This document shows positions 28,101 to 38,600 of a stretch of 64,000 nt of DNA, piece after piece. The position numbers and the translations under genes are program-made. This DNA comes from Lingula anatina. Its lineage: Eukaryota > Animalia > Brachiopoda. Numbering within the stretch: position 1 is the stretch's first letter; the number at the start of each line of letters is the position of its first letter. The notes under the pieces are model-generated. The model ran no database searches, was not told the origin of the DNA, and was given only the letters and a program-made list of their open reading frames with translations. The DNA is taken from the NCBI GenBank assembly GCA_051362555.1, contig CM120640.1, positions 55,282,788-55,346,787 of the forward strand. The letters are read 5' to 3'.

Positions 28101-31100
28101 CAGTTTTGGAGATAAAAGGGAAGCAAAATTTGCAAAGTTCAGTTCATGGTGAAAAGTAGGTCAAAGGTCAATTTTAAGGTCACATTTAGATTGCCAGTAT
28201 ATGACTTCCTATTCAAGTTCAATAGTAACTATGGACCTATCTCTGCCAGTTTTGGAGATATAAGGGACTAAATGTTATAATTTTGGAGTTACCATAATGT
28301 GCCTTAAATTTCGTACAGAAAAAATTAATTAAAATAAAGAAAATGTCATTTTGGTCAAAATTCTTGAAATAGGAGGTGCTCTGAAGTTTCAGAAGTTCAA
28401 GTTTGATGAAATAATGTCATTTTTGAACACATTGTCTGCTTTGCCAAGCCTTATGTTTTATTTTTCCAGAGTTCAAAATTTATTATCCATTACCGTACTG
28501 CACATTTTGCTTTTACCACCAATATGTACTTTTTGATACAGCGTAACTCGAAAACCGTATGGAATACAAAAAAACCCGAGACCACCTCCAGTATTGGGCT
28601 TTACATGCAAAGTTCAGTTCATGGTGAAAAGTAGGTCAAAGGTCAATTTTAAGGTCACATTTAATTGCCAGTATATGACTTCCTATTCAAGTTCAGTAGT
28701 AACTATGGACCTATCTCTGCCAGTTTTGGAGATAAAAGGGAAGCAAAATTTGCAAAGTTCAGTTCATGGTGAAAAGTAGGTCAAAGGTCAATTTTAAGGT
28801 CACATTTAGATTGCCAGTATATGACTTCCTATTCAAGTTCAATAGTAACTATGGACCTATCTCTGCCAGTTTTGGAGATAAAACGGAAGCAAATTTTGCA
28901 AAGTTCAGTTTATGGTGAAAAGTAGGTCAAAGGTCAATTTTAAGGTCACATTTAGATTGCCAGTATATGACTTCCTATTCAAGTTCAATAGTAACTACGG
29001 ACCTATCTCAGCCAGTTTTGGAGATAAAAGGAAAGCAAAATTTGCAAAGTTCAGTTTATGGTGAAAAGTAGGTCAAAGGTCAATTTTAAGGTCACATATA
29101 GATTGCCAGTATATGACTTCCTATTCAAGTTCAATAGTAACTATGGGCCTATCTCTGCCAGTTTTGGAGATAAAAGGGAAGAAAAATTTGCAAAGTTCAG
29201 TTCATGGTGAAAAGTAGGTCAAAGGTCAATTTTAAGGTCACATATAGATTGCCAGTATATGACTTCCTATCCAACTTCAATAGTAACTATAGACCTATCT
29301 CTGCCAGTTTTGGAGATATAAGGGACTAAATGCTATAATTTTGGAGTTACCATAATGTGCCTTAAATTTCGTACAGAAAAAATTAATTAAAATAAAGAAA
29401 ATGTCATTTTGGTCAAAATTCTTGAAATAGGAGGTGCTCTGAAGTTTCAGAAGTTCAAATTTGATGAAATTATGTCATTTTTGAACACAAGTTGTCTGCT
29501 TTGCCAAGCCTAATGTTTTATTTTTCCAGAGTTCAAAATTTATTATCCATTACCGTACTGCACATTTTGCTTTTACCACCAATATGTACTTTTTGATACA
29601 GCGTAACTCGAAAACCGTATGGAATACAAAAAAACCGAGACCACCTCCAGTGTTGGGCTTTACATGCTCTACAAAATGCAAAAAAGAATGGGTCTCTAGC
29701 ATTAACGGTTCCCGAATTAGAGACAGTTTTCAGTTTCGGTATCTTATGGCCGCTACTCCCGTGAAAATGCACCGATTGACCCTAAATTCATGGAGATGAA
29801 AGATGACCTGAAGGGTAACACTTTCCAATAATATTATTGGTTAAGTCTGTGTGGTGTCTGAATAACAGGGCAAAAAATTTTTTTTTCGTAAAAAATTTCA
29901 TTTTTTTGAAAATTTTGGCCCATTTGACCTTGAAGTAAAGGTCAAAGGTCAAATCCAAGGGTATATTTGAAATCTACACATATGACTTTTGGAAAGCCGT
30001 CTATAGAAATTTTTCCCATAACTCCTTCCGTAGGGTAGATAATTAGCATTTAATTTTGCCATTTTTAGACAAGGGTGCATTGCAATGAGTGCCACACCCA
30101 GACCCCAATACCGACAAAGCCCAAATTTTACGTGGAACGAGTTGAGATTATAGGTGACCTAAATCCATGAGATGGGTATGGGGGGCCTTACCGTCTAGGA
30201 GGAGAAGCGGTAACGGTAGCCGTCCGGCGGAGCCGGCGGAGCCGGCGGAACCGGCGGAGCCGGCGGAGCCGGCGGAACGATCCGGACGAGACCGAAACCA
30301 TGTGTACCGCCAGCGCTAACGCTGGTGGTACAATAATCTGATTATAAATGCTCATTTACAAAAGAAACCTTTTTTCTCCAAACAAACCACTCAGTAAATT
30401 TGAAGTAAAATAAAAATACACTTTGACTCTTATGGCGTAACAACAGACAGCAATGGCAATGAGACAAACAGACACAGTGATATCTGTACAAAAAATATAT
30501 CGATATCAGGCACATGATGAAGTATGTAAAATTCCTGGCTAAACCTTTTCTTCAGTTGTGCAGGTGCACAACTGCAATTAAAAATGAAATAAGGGTGCAC
30601 TACGATTTTATTACAATTAAAATAAAATAAGGTTTTCATGAAAGGGTGGATTGATAAGGCCTAGAATTCAATGTTATCACACCACACTTTTCACTTCCTT
30701 GTTACAAATACTGAAATGCTCACATTTGTCTGAATCAACTCTAAATTTAACCACCAACTTGTTAATTTGCAAAGAAACATTCTGGCCAATATAAGGGGTA
30801 ATTTCATATATAACACATTAAAAATATATATTTTGGTAATATACGGTATGTACATATACAATACACATTTGCAAATTTATATTGAAAGACCATAAAGATA
30901 AAAAGATATTGACACTTAAGACATGTTGTTTACCAAACCCTCAAGATATCTCATTCTCAATATATAGTATGCCCCCTTTTTTCACAAGAGCTCAAGAGGA
31001 GCCCCAGATCCATTTGAAGAAAAACAGAGAGTGAAAAATGAAGCAAAAATATATTTACTAATTCTACTTCTTCTAAATCTCTGGTGGTAAAAAGTGATAA

Positions 31101-34100
31101 ATCTAGCTTTATGTGTTAATCATGGAAAGATTTAAAATTCATGTCTTGCTGTTATGGGAAAATTTTGGTATTTAGTATTGAAGGTTTCAGCTCTATTAGT
31201 GATGAAAGTATTAAAAAAAACAACCCTCTTGGATAATATTTGCACATTTTTAATACTAACAAAAATTAGATTTCACTAAAGGGGCATTATGAGATGTGGT
31301 GTTATTTAACTGACACATTTTGTCCTCAAAATCAAGTATATTTTTACACAATACTTGGTAATGAAGGTTTTGCAAATTACTTTCTAAAAAATACAGTTTT
31401 ATCATGTTTCCTTACTGTGCCCTGTCACCAAATCTTGTCGCTATTCATGGATGTAAATAAATTAATTTTTTAATGGCTATATGCTGAAATGTTACAAAAA
31501 CAATGGACAAGCAATTCTTCAGCTTGCTTACTTTTAATAAAATAAATGAATTTTAAATACATATATGTATTGAGAATGAGTGTATACAAGTATTAAAAAT
31601 AGTTACCAGTGTCAGACACAATTATGTTTACCCCCAAGTAAATTGTTTTTTAAACCAAGGAAGTAGGTGTTTCTACTTCCTTGGTCTACCAAACTTCTCA
31701 CTTTCTGTAATGCTCAAGCAAAAATCGCATTCAGACAAATCATATAAAACTGATTCACATATACAACAAGTCAACATATGACCACCAGGGAATTTAGTTC
31801 TTGAGGTGTGATTGATTTTCCTTGTACATTTTATATATTTTACTGTCCACTTAGACCCCATTCCCATAGATTTTAGATGGATCTATCCCTGTGGGGAGTC
31901 TCACTAGATTGCTGTCAGCTTAGCTGGCTTAAGCGTCTGTCCCGCCTACTAAAAGCTGTAAGGGGGTAATTAACCATGGTGCGCACTCGGCTGACTGCAA
32001 TTTAGCGTGAACCCCCAGGGAGTGAGGCCAATCTAAATCTCTGGATCTATCTAAACCTCTGGGAATGCACCCTTAGAGTGGTCTCATTGTGCTCCAAACA
32101 TCTAAACCATAGGGGAATTCAGTTGGGTTCCTGTTTTATGTTTTAGCTATGATCCAGTCAAATTTTGAAATTTGTCTGAACACTGCCTTCCTGGCCCCAG
32201 CAGAAGATGGACTATGAAACTATTTCGCAGCAATAATATATTGTCAATTAAAATGGAAGTTGACTACATTCGCATTTCCTGTTGGAGACAAATTGTATAG
32301 CTACCAGCAAGCAGAGGGTGGGTTATGGGCATGGATGTCCCCATTAGGTAGGGGCCTGGGTAATTCTAAAAATATTCAACTCATCCTGAATGCAGAAAGC
32401 CCTCTTAAATATGAAGTTGAGAGATTTATACTAGTAATATGTCCTCAAAGGGTTTAATTCTCAAACCCAGGGATCAGCCGATTATCAGAAGATATCATAA
32501 AAATAAGGAATGAGGGAGACTTTGAAGAGCCAAGCTTTGCCCAGTAGAGCGTGTTGGGTTATATGCTGCATGCCTGACAATTTGCAGCTTTGTAAGCAGC
32601 ATTGCCCAGTGAAATGCAGCAGTGGATACTTTCTCTTTTTTTTTCTATATTAATTTCTAAAAAAACAGATTTATCCTTGATGACCTTCGAAAACAATTGT
32701 TTCCAAAAATTTGTCTGTCTGTCTGTTAGTAAGTTGGTCTGTAAATAAACACTCTACAGGCCGCAATTTCGATCATATCACTTCCATGTCTGACCCCGCT
32801 CCCCCCCCCCCCCCAACTTGTTACATCTTACTTATCACAGATATATATAAAATATTCTTGTCGACTTGTCGACAGATAGGAAGTCATAGATTTATGAGCT
32901 TTCATTTAAGTATCTATAGTACCACATCTGGATCCGCTTTTATTTTCCGTCTGTTTTTTTCTTCGCTTTTATTGTCAGTTATTGTTTTCACAAGTTCACA
33001 AGTGAGAGTGATTTTTCATTTATATATCTATTATTTTTTTAAATCTATTTACAGCTTGTTCTGTTTAGTGATTTTAAAGGAGCATGTTCCTGGCTTGATA
33101 CTGAAACTTTCTAAGACTGCTCTGCTCTACCCTCTCCCCCAACTCTGGGGTTTAAAGGTGACACATCATATTTAACAATGGCAATCTTTTAATATTTCAA
33201 ACACTAATCTTTGTCTGATTAGATATGGTGGCACATCAAAACTGACTTGTCTGTAAGGGTAAGCTTCAATTTATGTAAAAAAATATAATGAATGATGTCA
33301 TAAAGTTATTTTTGATTACATTGATGCAAGTCCTTATTAGGCAAAAATCGTGTTAATTTATTTCCCAAAGATTGAGGAAGGAAAGACCTTATGTTATGCT
33401 CTCTGCATCTACTGATATTGAAGAATGTTTCCGGATGACAAATACATATCCTGGCTTTAAATTACAAGGAAACTCTTTTATCAAACCAAAGTAAATCAAA
33501 TCATCTCATGAAGAATATTAGTGTAAAAATTGAAATTGCAGACCAGAAATGGAGAATTCCTTGAGCAAAAATTATAAGTTGTGACAAAACATTTGTCAAT
33601 TTTATGTAAAAAAAAACATTCTCATGGATAAAAATCTAAAAGAGAATGAGCAAAATAACATTTTCATTTAGTTCCCTTGTATTAATCATCTGGGTAACAT
33701 TCATTTATAAAAGTACAGTGTAACAGTCCTGAACAGAATATTAATGACCCAGCCTCCATGACCTGATGTGGCCACTTCTCGCAGCACTGAAACAATAGGA
33801 CAATAACATTTATGTTACACAGACAACAGAGGCACTGTGGGGACTGGTACTAGACCAAATTTATTATTCAGATCCAGTTCCAGACACATAATTACTTGAA
33901 TAATTCTGGTGGGGGTTTACAGTCTAGTAGACATAGTAATGCAGTTTTAACCCTTCTGCAGATTTTTATTTTTCCAACAATAATTCCTTTTTAGTTATCT
34001 TATTATTATTTGTGTCATTTCATTTTTGTCATATCCCTGCAGGAAATAATTTCAAAAATATTTATTGTGGGCACCGCATTATGAACTGCGAAAAATATGG

Positions 34101-37100
34101 ACAGCTTTCATTTGTGTCTTGCTGGTTACATATTACTTAAATTCTATCCAAAACCACCAACTGTAAAGCCTTAGTCCCAACCGAACGTAAGGGCTGCTAT
34201 GTGTGGTCTACGGCCAAATAAAATGGGAGTTCGTGCATGAGGAGCACGTCCATCGTGCGACTTTTGGAGGACGCAAACAGCACGTAGAAACTTTTCACCA
34301 ATTACTTGATTTCTTCCCTGCCATCTAGCAATGTCCTAGCCGGACGCAAGGAACCTAAAAACCGTGCGTCCAAAATGTAGTTGGGACCTAGGCTTAAGCT
34401 ACTATTCTTCCTGCGTATTAGTATGGGAGTAACGTGTGCTTAATAGTCTCCAGCACATACAAAATGCACCAAAAGGAAGGTGAGAGAAAGGACTTGCAGT
34501 TCACAGTTTATAATGCAGTACTCACAACAAGTATTTTTACGATTGCACCTTGAAATCGTGGTTTAAGCCATTTAATCTCTGATTGCAATCATAAATCTTT
34601 GGCTTAAAAGGTCAATAATTTTTTTATATATAAATTCATATTTTTAAAGGTATCCTATCCAGGATTTTTGTGCCATATTGAATTTCCTCAAGAAAGCAAT
34701 TTTTTCCTTCTCACAAACCATCGATCCCACCATCTCTGCCCTTGGATTGGATATTTCATACCATTTACAATAAAATAATTTTGTTCTAAATGTTACCTTA
34801 GAATTAAGATTGTCATGCATTTTCCTGACATTTCACAAAATTTGATACATTAAAAAAATCAAAGGCAGATTCATTCATCTTTATATTCATAAATAAATAA
34901 TAAATATTAATAAAAAAAAACATGTAGTTGACATCTACAAATATATACCCTTCAGCACATCACATATTAAACCACTGAATACTTCACACATTCCTAAATT
35001 TAATGTGCATACAGTACAAGATTGTATCCTGACTGCAGCACTATACTGAACACGAATATAGTTAATGAATAGCCTATAAAGTTCTGCTTTGGTCACAGTC
35101 ACTTAGATCTCTGATTATAAAACTACACACATTTATCATCTTTTCCAACCAAAACACAGTTTTCAATGCAATGATACATAAGAATAATAGACAAAAAGGA
35201 AAACTGTTCAAATGTTTCTTAAATGAACAATTTTAGAACTGCTCACAAAATGAAACAGCATCTTAAAAACTGTAAAAATAATCATGTTGGAAATGCAAGA
35301 AAATATTTTTTAAACCAAGTAATAAGACCAAATATGTATCAAATGGGGAAAATCTGACATTGCTTTACATGAGGCTGGGGCACTGTATGTTGCCATACAT
35401 GACTAGAAAACCTGGGAGAATTTCTGTGAGGTGGGGTTAACTTTTCAAAGAAAAAGGGTGAAACCCTATGCACTGTAAACGCTATCTTAGAAAGCAATTA
35501 CAAAGTGACATGCAAGCAGATGATCCACATTGTTAAGTAAGAAGACACTGAAATTATGCAACATCTCTGTGTAAACAGGTTACATATACAACACAAATAC
35601 TGTCACCACATCCAAGCAGAATTTGAACTCCTGACAAAACACCTACTTGTATTTTCAGTTTACTATACATTGTCTAACTTTCTAACTGACAAAAAACTGA
35701 AGCCAACATGCTTCAGTTGTTATTCTGAGGCTGCCAGACAGTTTTTATTTCAAAAAAAAAAAATCAGTTTATAAATGAAACAAAGATTTCATTCTAGCAG
35801 AGCTGTCATTAAACTTTTTACATAATACTCTTCAAGCTTAGAATTTTTGAAATATATTTTTTTTAAATTAAAATTTCATCAATTCTCTTAATGTTGATAA
35901 ATTGGATATATATTGAACTCTGTAATAAATGTAACACAGACTTTTTGTAGCATATTATTTATTTGCCTTAACATTTCCAGTCTAGCAGAAAACTCCCTAC
36001 AATGAATGATATGGTAGAAGGCAGTTTCTTTTATGCTACATACTGTACAACAAGCTGTGAGGCTAAAGCTTCATTCCAAAGCATATCTATTCAAATCTCC
36101 TCCATAACTTTATATAAACCCTTGAATATTTGACTGTTATTTACTAAAGGCGCAGCTCAAATGTCATCCATAAATCTACATGCAAACTATTCATAGCTTC
36201 ATGGGTATTTTTTACCAATTGCCAATGTTAGATCAAACTTTAGATTTACAGTATGATTCTCCTGAAACAAAAGTAATTTTATATCCATGCATTTAGTATT
36301 CATGCTAAAGTAGAACCTCTAATCCCGTTTTTAGAATAAACCAGTGACGTTATTTCTGAAGCTTTGATCATGAACAAAATGTACCCCCTCTTTAATTCCT
36401 TGCTCATTTAACAATTTAACATATTCAGTAAATAGAGAAACGTATTGTGCTACTTTGTGCATTTAGACACCCATGTTAATGCACAAACACATTAAGCTAT
36501 TTAAGAAGCAAAAGGCTAAAAACTACACAAATATTGCTAACTGAACATCATGATTTCACAAAGGTCATTCTGTCTGCATCATGACTCTTCTTAAGCTAAA
36601 CATAGACGCTTGATATTTCATGGATGCTGTCACAAATATAGTACATAGATAACATTAGTATACCCTATATATATTGTAAAATTCTGAATGGAAACATGGG
36701 GACAAACTTGCATCCCCTTCCCTTGTGTAGAAAAAATTTTTGAATAATTAATAAGGTGCTGCCAATTAAGCATCATCTCAAAATATCACAAAAAAACTAC
36801 AAATTATAAAATTAACTTGTTACTGTTTCAGCATTATGAAATAATTATATTTGTACTTATGCTGTTTAAGCTTTTTATACACATAGTCCAAGAGCGCATT
36901 CTCAACGAAGTAAGCCAGGCTTTACAAAGCCGGTGACCTAAAAATGGCGGACGTACATGAAAGAAAAACCGCCTAATCTTTTAATAGTCTCTCCGCCTCC
37001 CCACACGTCGTCCCTGCGGGGTACAGTAATTAAATCGCGTCTCCGTTCGCCATGCAGAAGCTACCTGAGAAATATTAAGTGCGCATGCTCATCAGTTAAA

Positions 37101-38205
37101 CTCGTGGTGAAGAAAGCATGGCGGCTGAAGGCGATCGAAGGAAAAAAGCTCTTCTGTTCTATTATCTTTGAAAACAGAGACGAAAAAGGAATAATTTGGC
37201 CCGTAGAGCAGCAATGAATCGACTATCTACGGAGATAATATCACCAGAGATATTCACGGAAATATTAATGTTCGGAGCCGAGATTTAATTACTGTACCCC
37301 GCAGGGACGACGTGTGGGGAGGCGTGTGAGAGGCGGAGAGACTATTAAAAGATTAGGCGGTTTTTCTTTCATGTACGTCCGCCATTTTTAGGTCACCGGC
37401 TTTGTAAAGCCTGGCTTAATTCGTTGAGAATGCGCTCCAAGTGTCTTAAGGTGCATTCATATCAAAGACAGGCCTCTCCTCTCGGTACAACCCCTCCCTG
37501 TGTCTGACTAATAAGATACTCATCATAACAAGCAATTACCAGTACCAGCAAGTGGATTTTCCTTGCTCCCCACAGTTATTAGTACTGAGACCAAAACTGT
37601 GAATGTGAATGAGTTTAGTTTCTTTAAAAAAAAATAGTGCACTGTACAAGAGTGCTATATCCAGAAATGCAGACCCATCTTTCCAGTTAACCTATCTTTA
37701 AATAATCATATGTAAAGACACATTAACATGTAGAATGAACAAATGTAGCTGCTGCTGGTTATTTGATTGATGTGTCCTTACAAATTAATTACTAATGATG
37801 AATAATGAGTGTGGTGACACTTTGGTGTATATATTGTCTTTATCTAAATAAAGAGATGATGTGTAAATAAATTTTCATTAAAATTCACCAATGAAAAGAA
37901 GTAAATCTTATCCTAAATTTACACGGATCTTCATTACACTTCCATTTACATCGCAGAGTAAACTCACATATAAATGTCACAAAAAGTACAACACACAAAC
38001 ATATACACACACTACCACACACATATATAATTAATGATCTTACTTCCTATGAAATTGTGTTAATGATATTCAGGTTGTCTAAAATTATCCCATAATGTGA
38101 ATCGAGACACTTTTGAGATTTATAAATGATAGATTCCAGACCCAGTAAACAAAAACCAATACTTACCAACAGTGTAAAACGCAGCATACCCCCTTTATTT
38201 CCCAT
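268..38205 (-). CDS. Multi-FN3 (15 repeats visible) secreted/type I membrane protein, probably R3-subfamily receptor protein tyrosine phosphatase (PTPRB/PTP10D-like); 3' part outside window
   Basis: GT-AG exons with consistent phases: 38167-38205, 20095-20392, 19576-19664, 19058-19265, 18257-18410, 17890-18017, 16898-17143, 15797-16078, 15278-15544, 14590-14874, 13483-13636, 12744-12865, 12359-12459, 11986-12148, 11352-11633, 10035-10307, 4715-5008, 2454-2729, 1968-2246, 1690-1826, 640-738, 268-334. Exons 1+2 give a signal peptide (MGNKGG)MLRFTLLVILTASSYA. Repeats show FN3 hallmarks (W..P, L.PG..Y.V.V.A) and many N-x-S/T sites. No TM or phosphatase domain is in the window, so the RPTP identity is inferred from architecture only. 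Confidence 0.8.
958..1519. mobile_element. PIF/Harbinger-like MITE (562 bp)
   Basis: TIRs AGGCCCAGTCACAA / TTGTGACTGGGCCT flanked by TAA on both sides (955-957, 1520-1522); GC-richer than the host intron. Confidence 0.85.
3574..4493 (-). mobile_element. Older Helentron/HINE-like non-autonomous element (family B) with about 4 diverged internal tandem repeats
   Basis: Left end AA|CTAG with short hairpin GCAAagcTTGC and subTIR ATATACAGACAC (3594-3605). Right end GTGTCTGTATAT (4480-4491) within hairpin ACAGACAC-ttaca-GTGTCTGT. Internal ~140-190 bp repeats (atcatgc...aaagcaac...cactca...taaagtaaaaca...atggggtgaa) and short GCA/GACA repeats near the right end. Confidence 0.65.
7103..9728. mobile_element. 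Tc1/mariner-type non-autonomous DNA transposon (2.6 kb)
   Basis: TIRs CGGTAAAGTGCCATGAATTTCGA / TCGAAATTCATGGCACATTACCG, with TA on both sides (7101-7102, 9729-9730). The CATGAATTTCG motif recurs subterminally (7113, 7181, 7224, 9654). No transposase ORF seen. Confidence 0.85.
7590..8020. repeat. Degenerate minisatellite inside the Tc1-like element
   Basis: Recurrent gaaaattgcc/tctcgtctcgctc-ggattgcgaacgatctccc-g.tgacga motifs. Confidence 0.6.
10900..11216 (-). mobile_element. Degenerate family-B HINE-like remnant
   Basis: Resembles 4280-4493 (aaatttaaaataaaacaaaa...tttggca...acagcaacggtaacag...atatacacagtctctgtatat); left boundary uncertain. Confidence 0.4.
17353..17566. mobile_element. 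PIF/Harbinger-like MITE, copy 1 (214 bp)
   Basis: TTA|GGGCGCATTCCCATAGATT...AATCTCTGGGAATGGGGTC|TTA; homologous to 31854-32072. Confidence 0.8.
18696..18846. repeat. Two-copy ~80 bp tandem duplication
   Basis: ttttcaaatgtcaacaaaaa...tctcagcataagaatggagacatttt occurs twice. Confidence 0.8.
20759..24380 (-). mobile_element. Helentron/HINE-type non-autonomous rolling-circle element (family A), copy 1, carrying a satellite array
   Basis: subTIR pair ATTGTACCACCAGC (20793-20806) / GCTGGTGGTACAAT (24367-24380). Right end hairpin TGTACCGCCAGCG-ctaa-CGCTGGTGGTACA. Left end hairpin GAGGCG-atac-CGCCTC close to a terminal CTAG, followed on the minus strand by TT. A 9-bp CCGGCGGAR repeat lies near the right end. 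No TSD seen. Confidence 0.85.
20960..23410. repeat. 146-bp satellite array (17 monomers, 8-mer higher-order repeat of 1167 bp)
   Basis: GTAGGTC anchor at 21107, 21253, 21399, 21545 (period 146); diagnostic variants recur 1167 bp apart (agtacgtca at 21691/22858; duplicated ORFs at 21827/22994). Confidence 0.95.
24536..30334 (-). mobile_element. Helentron/HINE-type element (family A), copy 2, internally amplified
   Basis: Same termini as copy 1 (AA|CTAGAGGATCAGAGAGGCGATACCGCCTCC ... GCTGGTGGTACAAT); the 9-bp repeat is expanded to 6 units (30224-30278). Confidence 0.85.
24740..29670. repeat. Composite array: 146-bp monomers in blocks of 4,4,2,8,5 separated by a ~350-bp element-internal segment
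   Basis: The segment beginning gggactaaatgttataattttggag recurs at ~25275, 26188, 26810, 28264, 29322; the first four copies re-enter the monomer at tttacatgc|aaagttcag. Confidence 0.9.
31854..32072. mobile_element. PIF/Harbinger-like MITE, copy 2 (219 bp)
   Basis: TTA|GACCCCATTCCCATAGATT...CTCTGGGAATGCACCC|TTA; same core as 17353-17566. Confidence 0.8.
34167..34394. mobile_element. PIF/Harbinger-like MITE (228 bp)
   Basis: TAA|AGCCTTAGTCCCAAC ... GTTGGGACCTAGGCT|TAA. Confidence 0.75.
36892..37437. mobile_element. Foldback MITE with ~145-bp near-perfect TIRs (546 bp)
   Basis: CAA|GAGCGCATTCTCAACGAA...TTCGTTGAGAATGCGCTC|CAA; a 3-bp duplication fits PIF/Harbinger-like insertion. Confidence 0.9.
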
Positions 38206-38254
38206 TTTCTCCTTCAAAATCTGAGTCACAAATCCATGGTACTTGCCCAATTTC

Positions 38255-38600
38255 TAACCGGGAAGTTGGCAAGGCAGTCAAGCATGTGAAATTGACAAGA
38301 TGGCGAGAATCACGTTACAATCGCCGACACCTGTTGAAAGTAATAACTGATATGTTGGCTACTTTTGGCCTATTCAAGAGGGAAAACACCTCCACACACC
38401 TGCAGGGTGATCACGCGTTATATATTACCAGAAAAATATTTCTAATTGTCAACATGAGTTTAAATTTTGTTGCTAAACTTATTGTTGATATTCGGCTTCC
38501 AACGACCTAGTTAACTGGCTGACGTCACAGGTCAATTCAAATCGAGACTGGTAGCTTCCAAATGCTTACCTGTGGTCTCACCTGTCAATTAACATTTTAT
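38255..38600 (-). promoter_or_regulatory. Candidate promoter/5' region of the FN3 gene
   Basis: Immediately upstream of the signal-peptide exon and locally CpG-richer. Contains YY1-like AAGATGGCG (~38297), CRE TGACGTCA (38520-38527) and several CACCTG E-boxes. TSS not determinable. Confidence 0.4.

Noticed and set aside
20960-29670. CRISPR-like or coding interpretation of the array (ORFs at 21827, 22994, 23491, 25361, 26275 and others)
   Set aside because: Monomers are contiguous with no unique spacers; the ORFs are repeated by-products of the satellite and are broken by stops in neighbouring monomers
32700-33260. 154-aa ORF and (CTGT)n-led HINE-like remnant
   Set aside because: Low-complexity ORF with a TTG start; the element ends could not be defined
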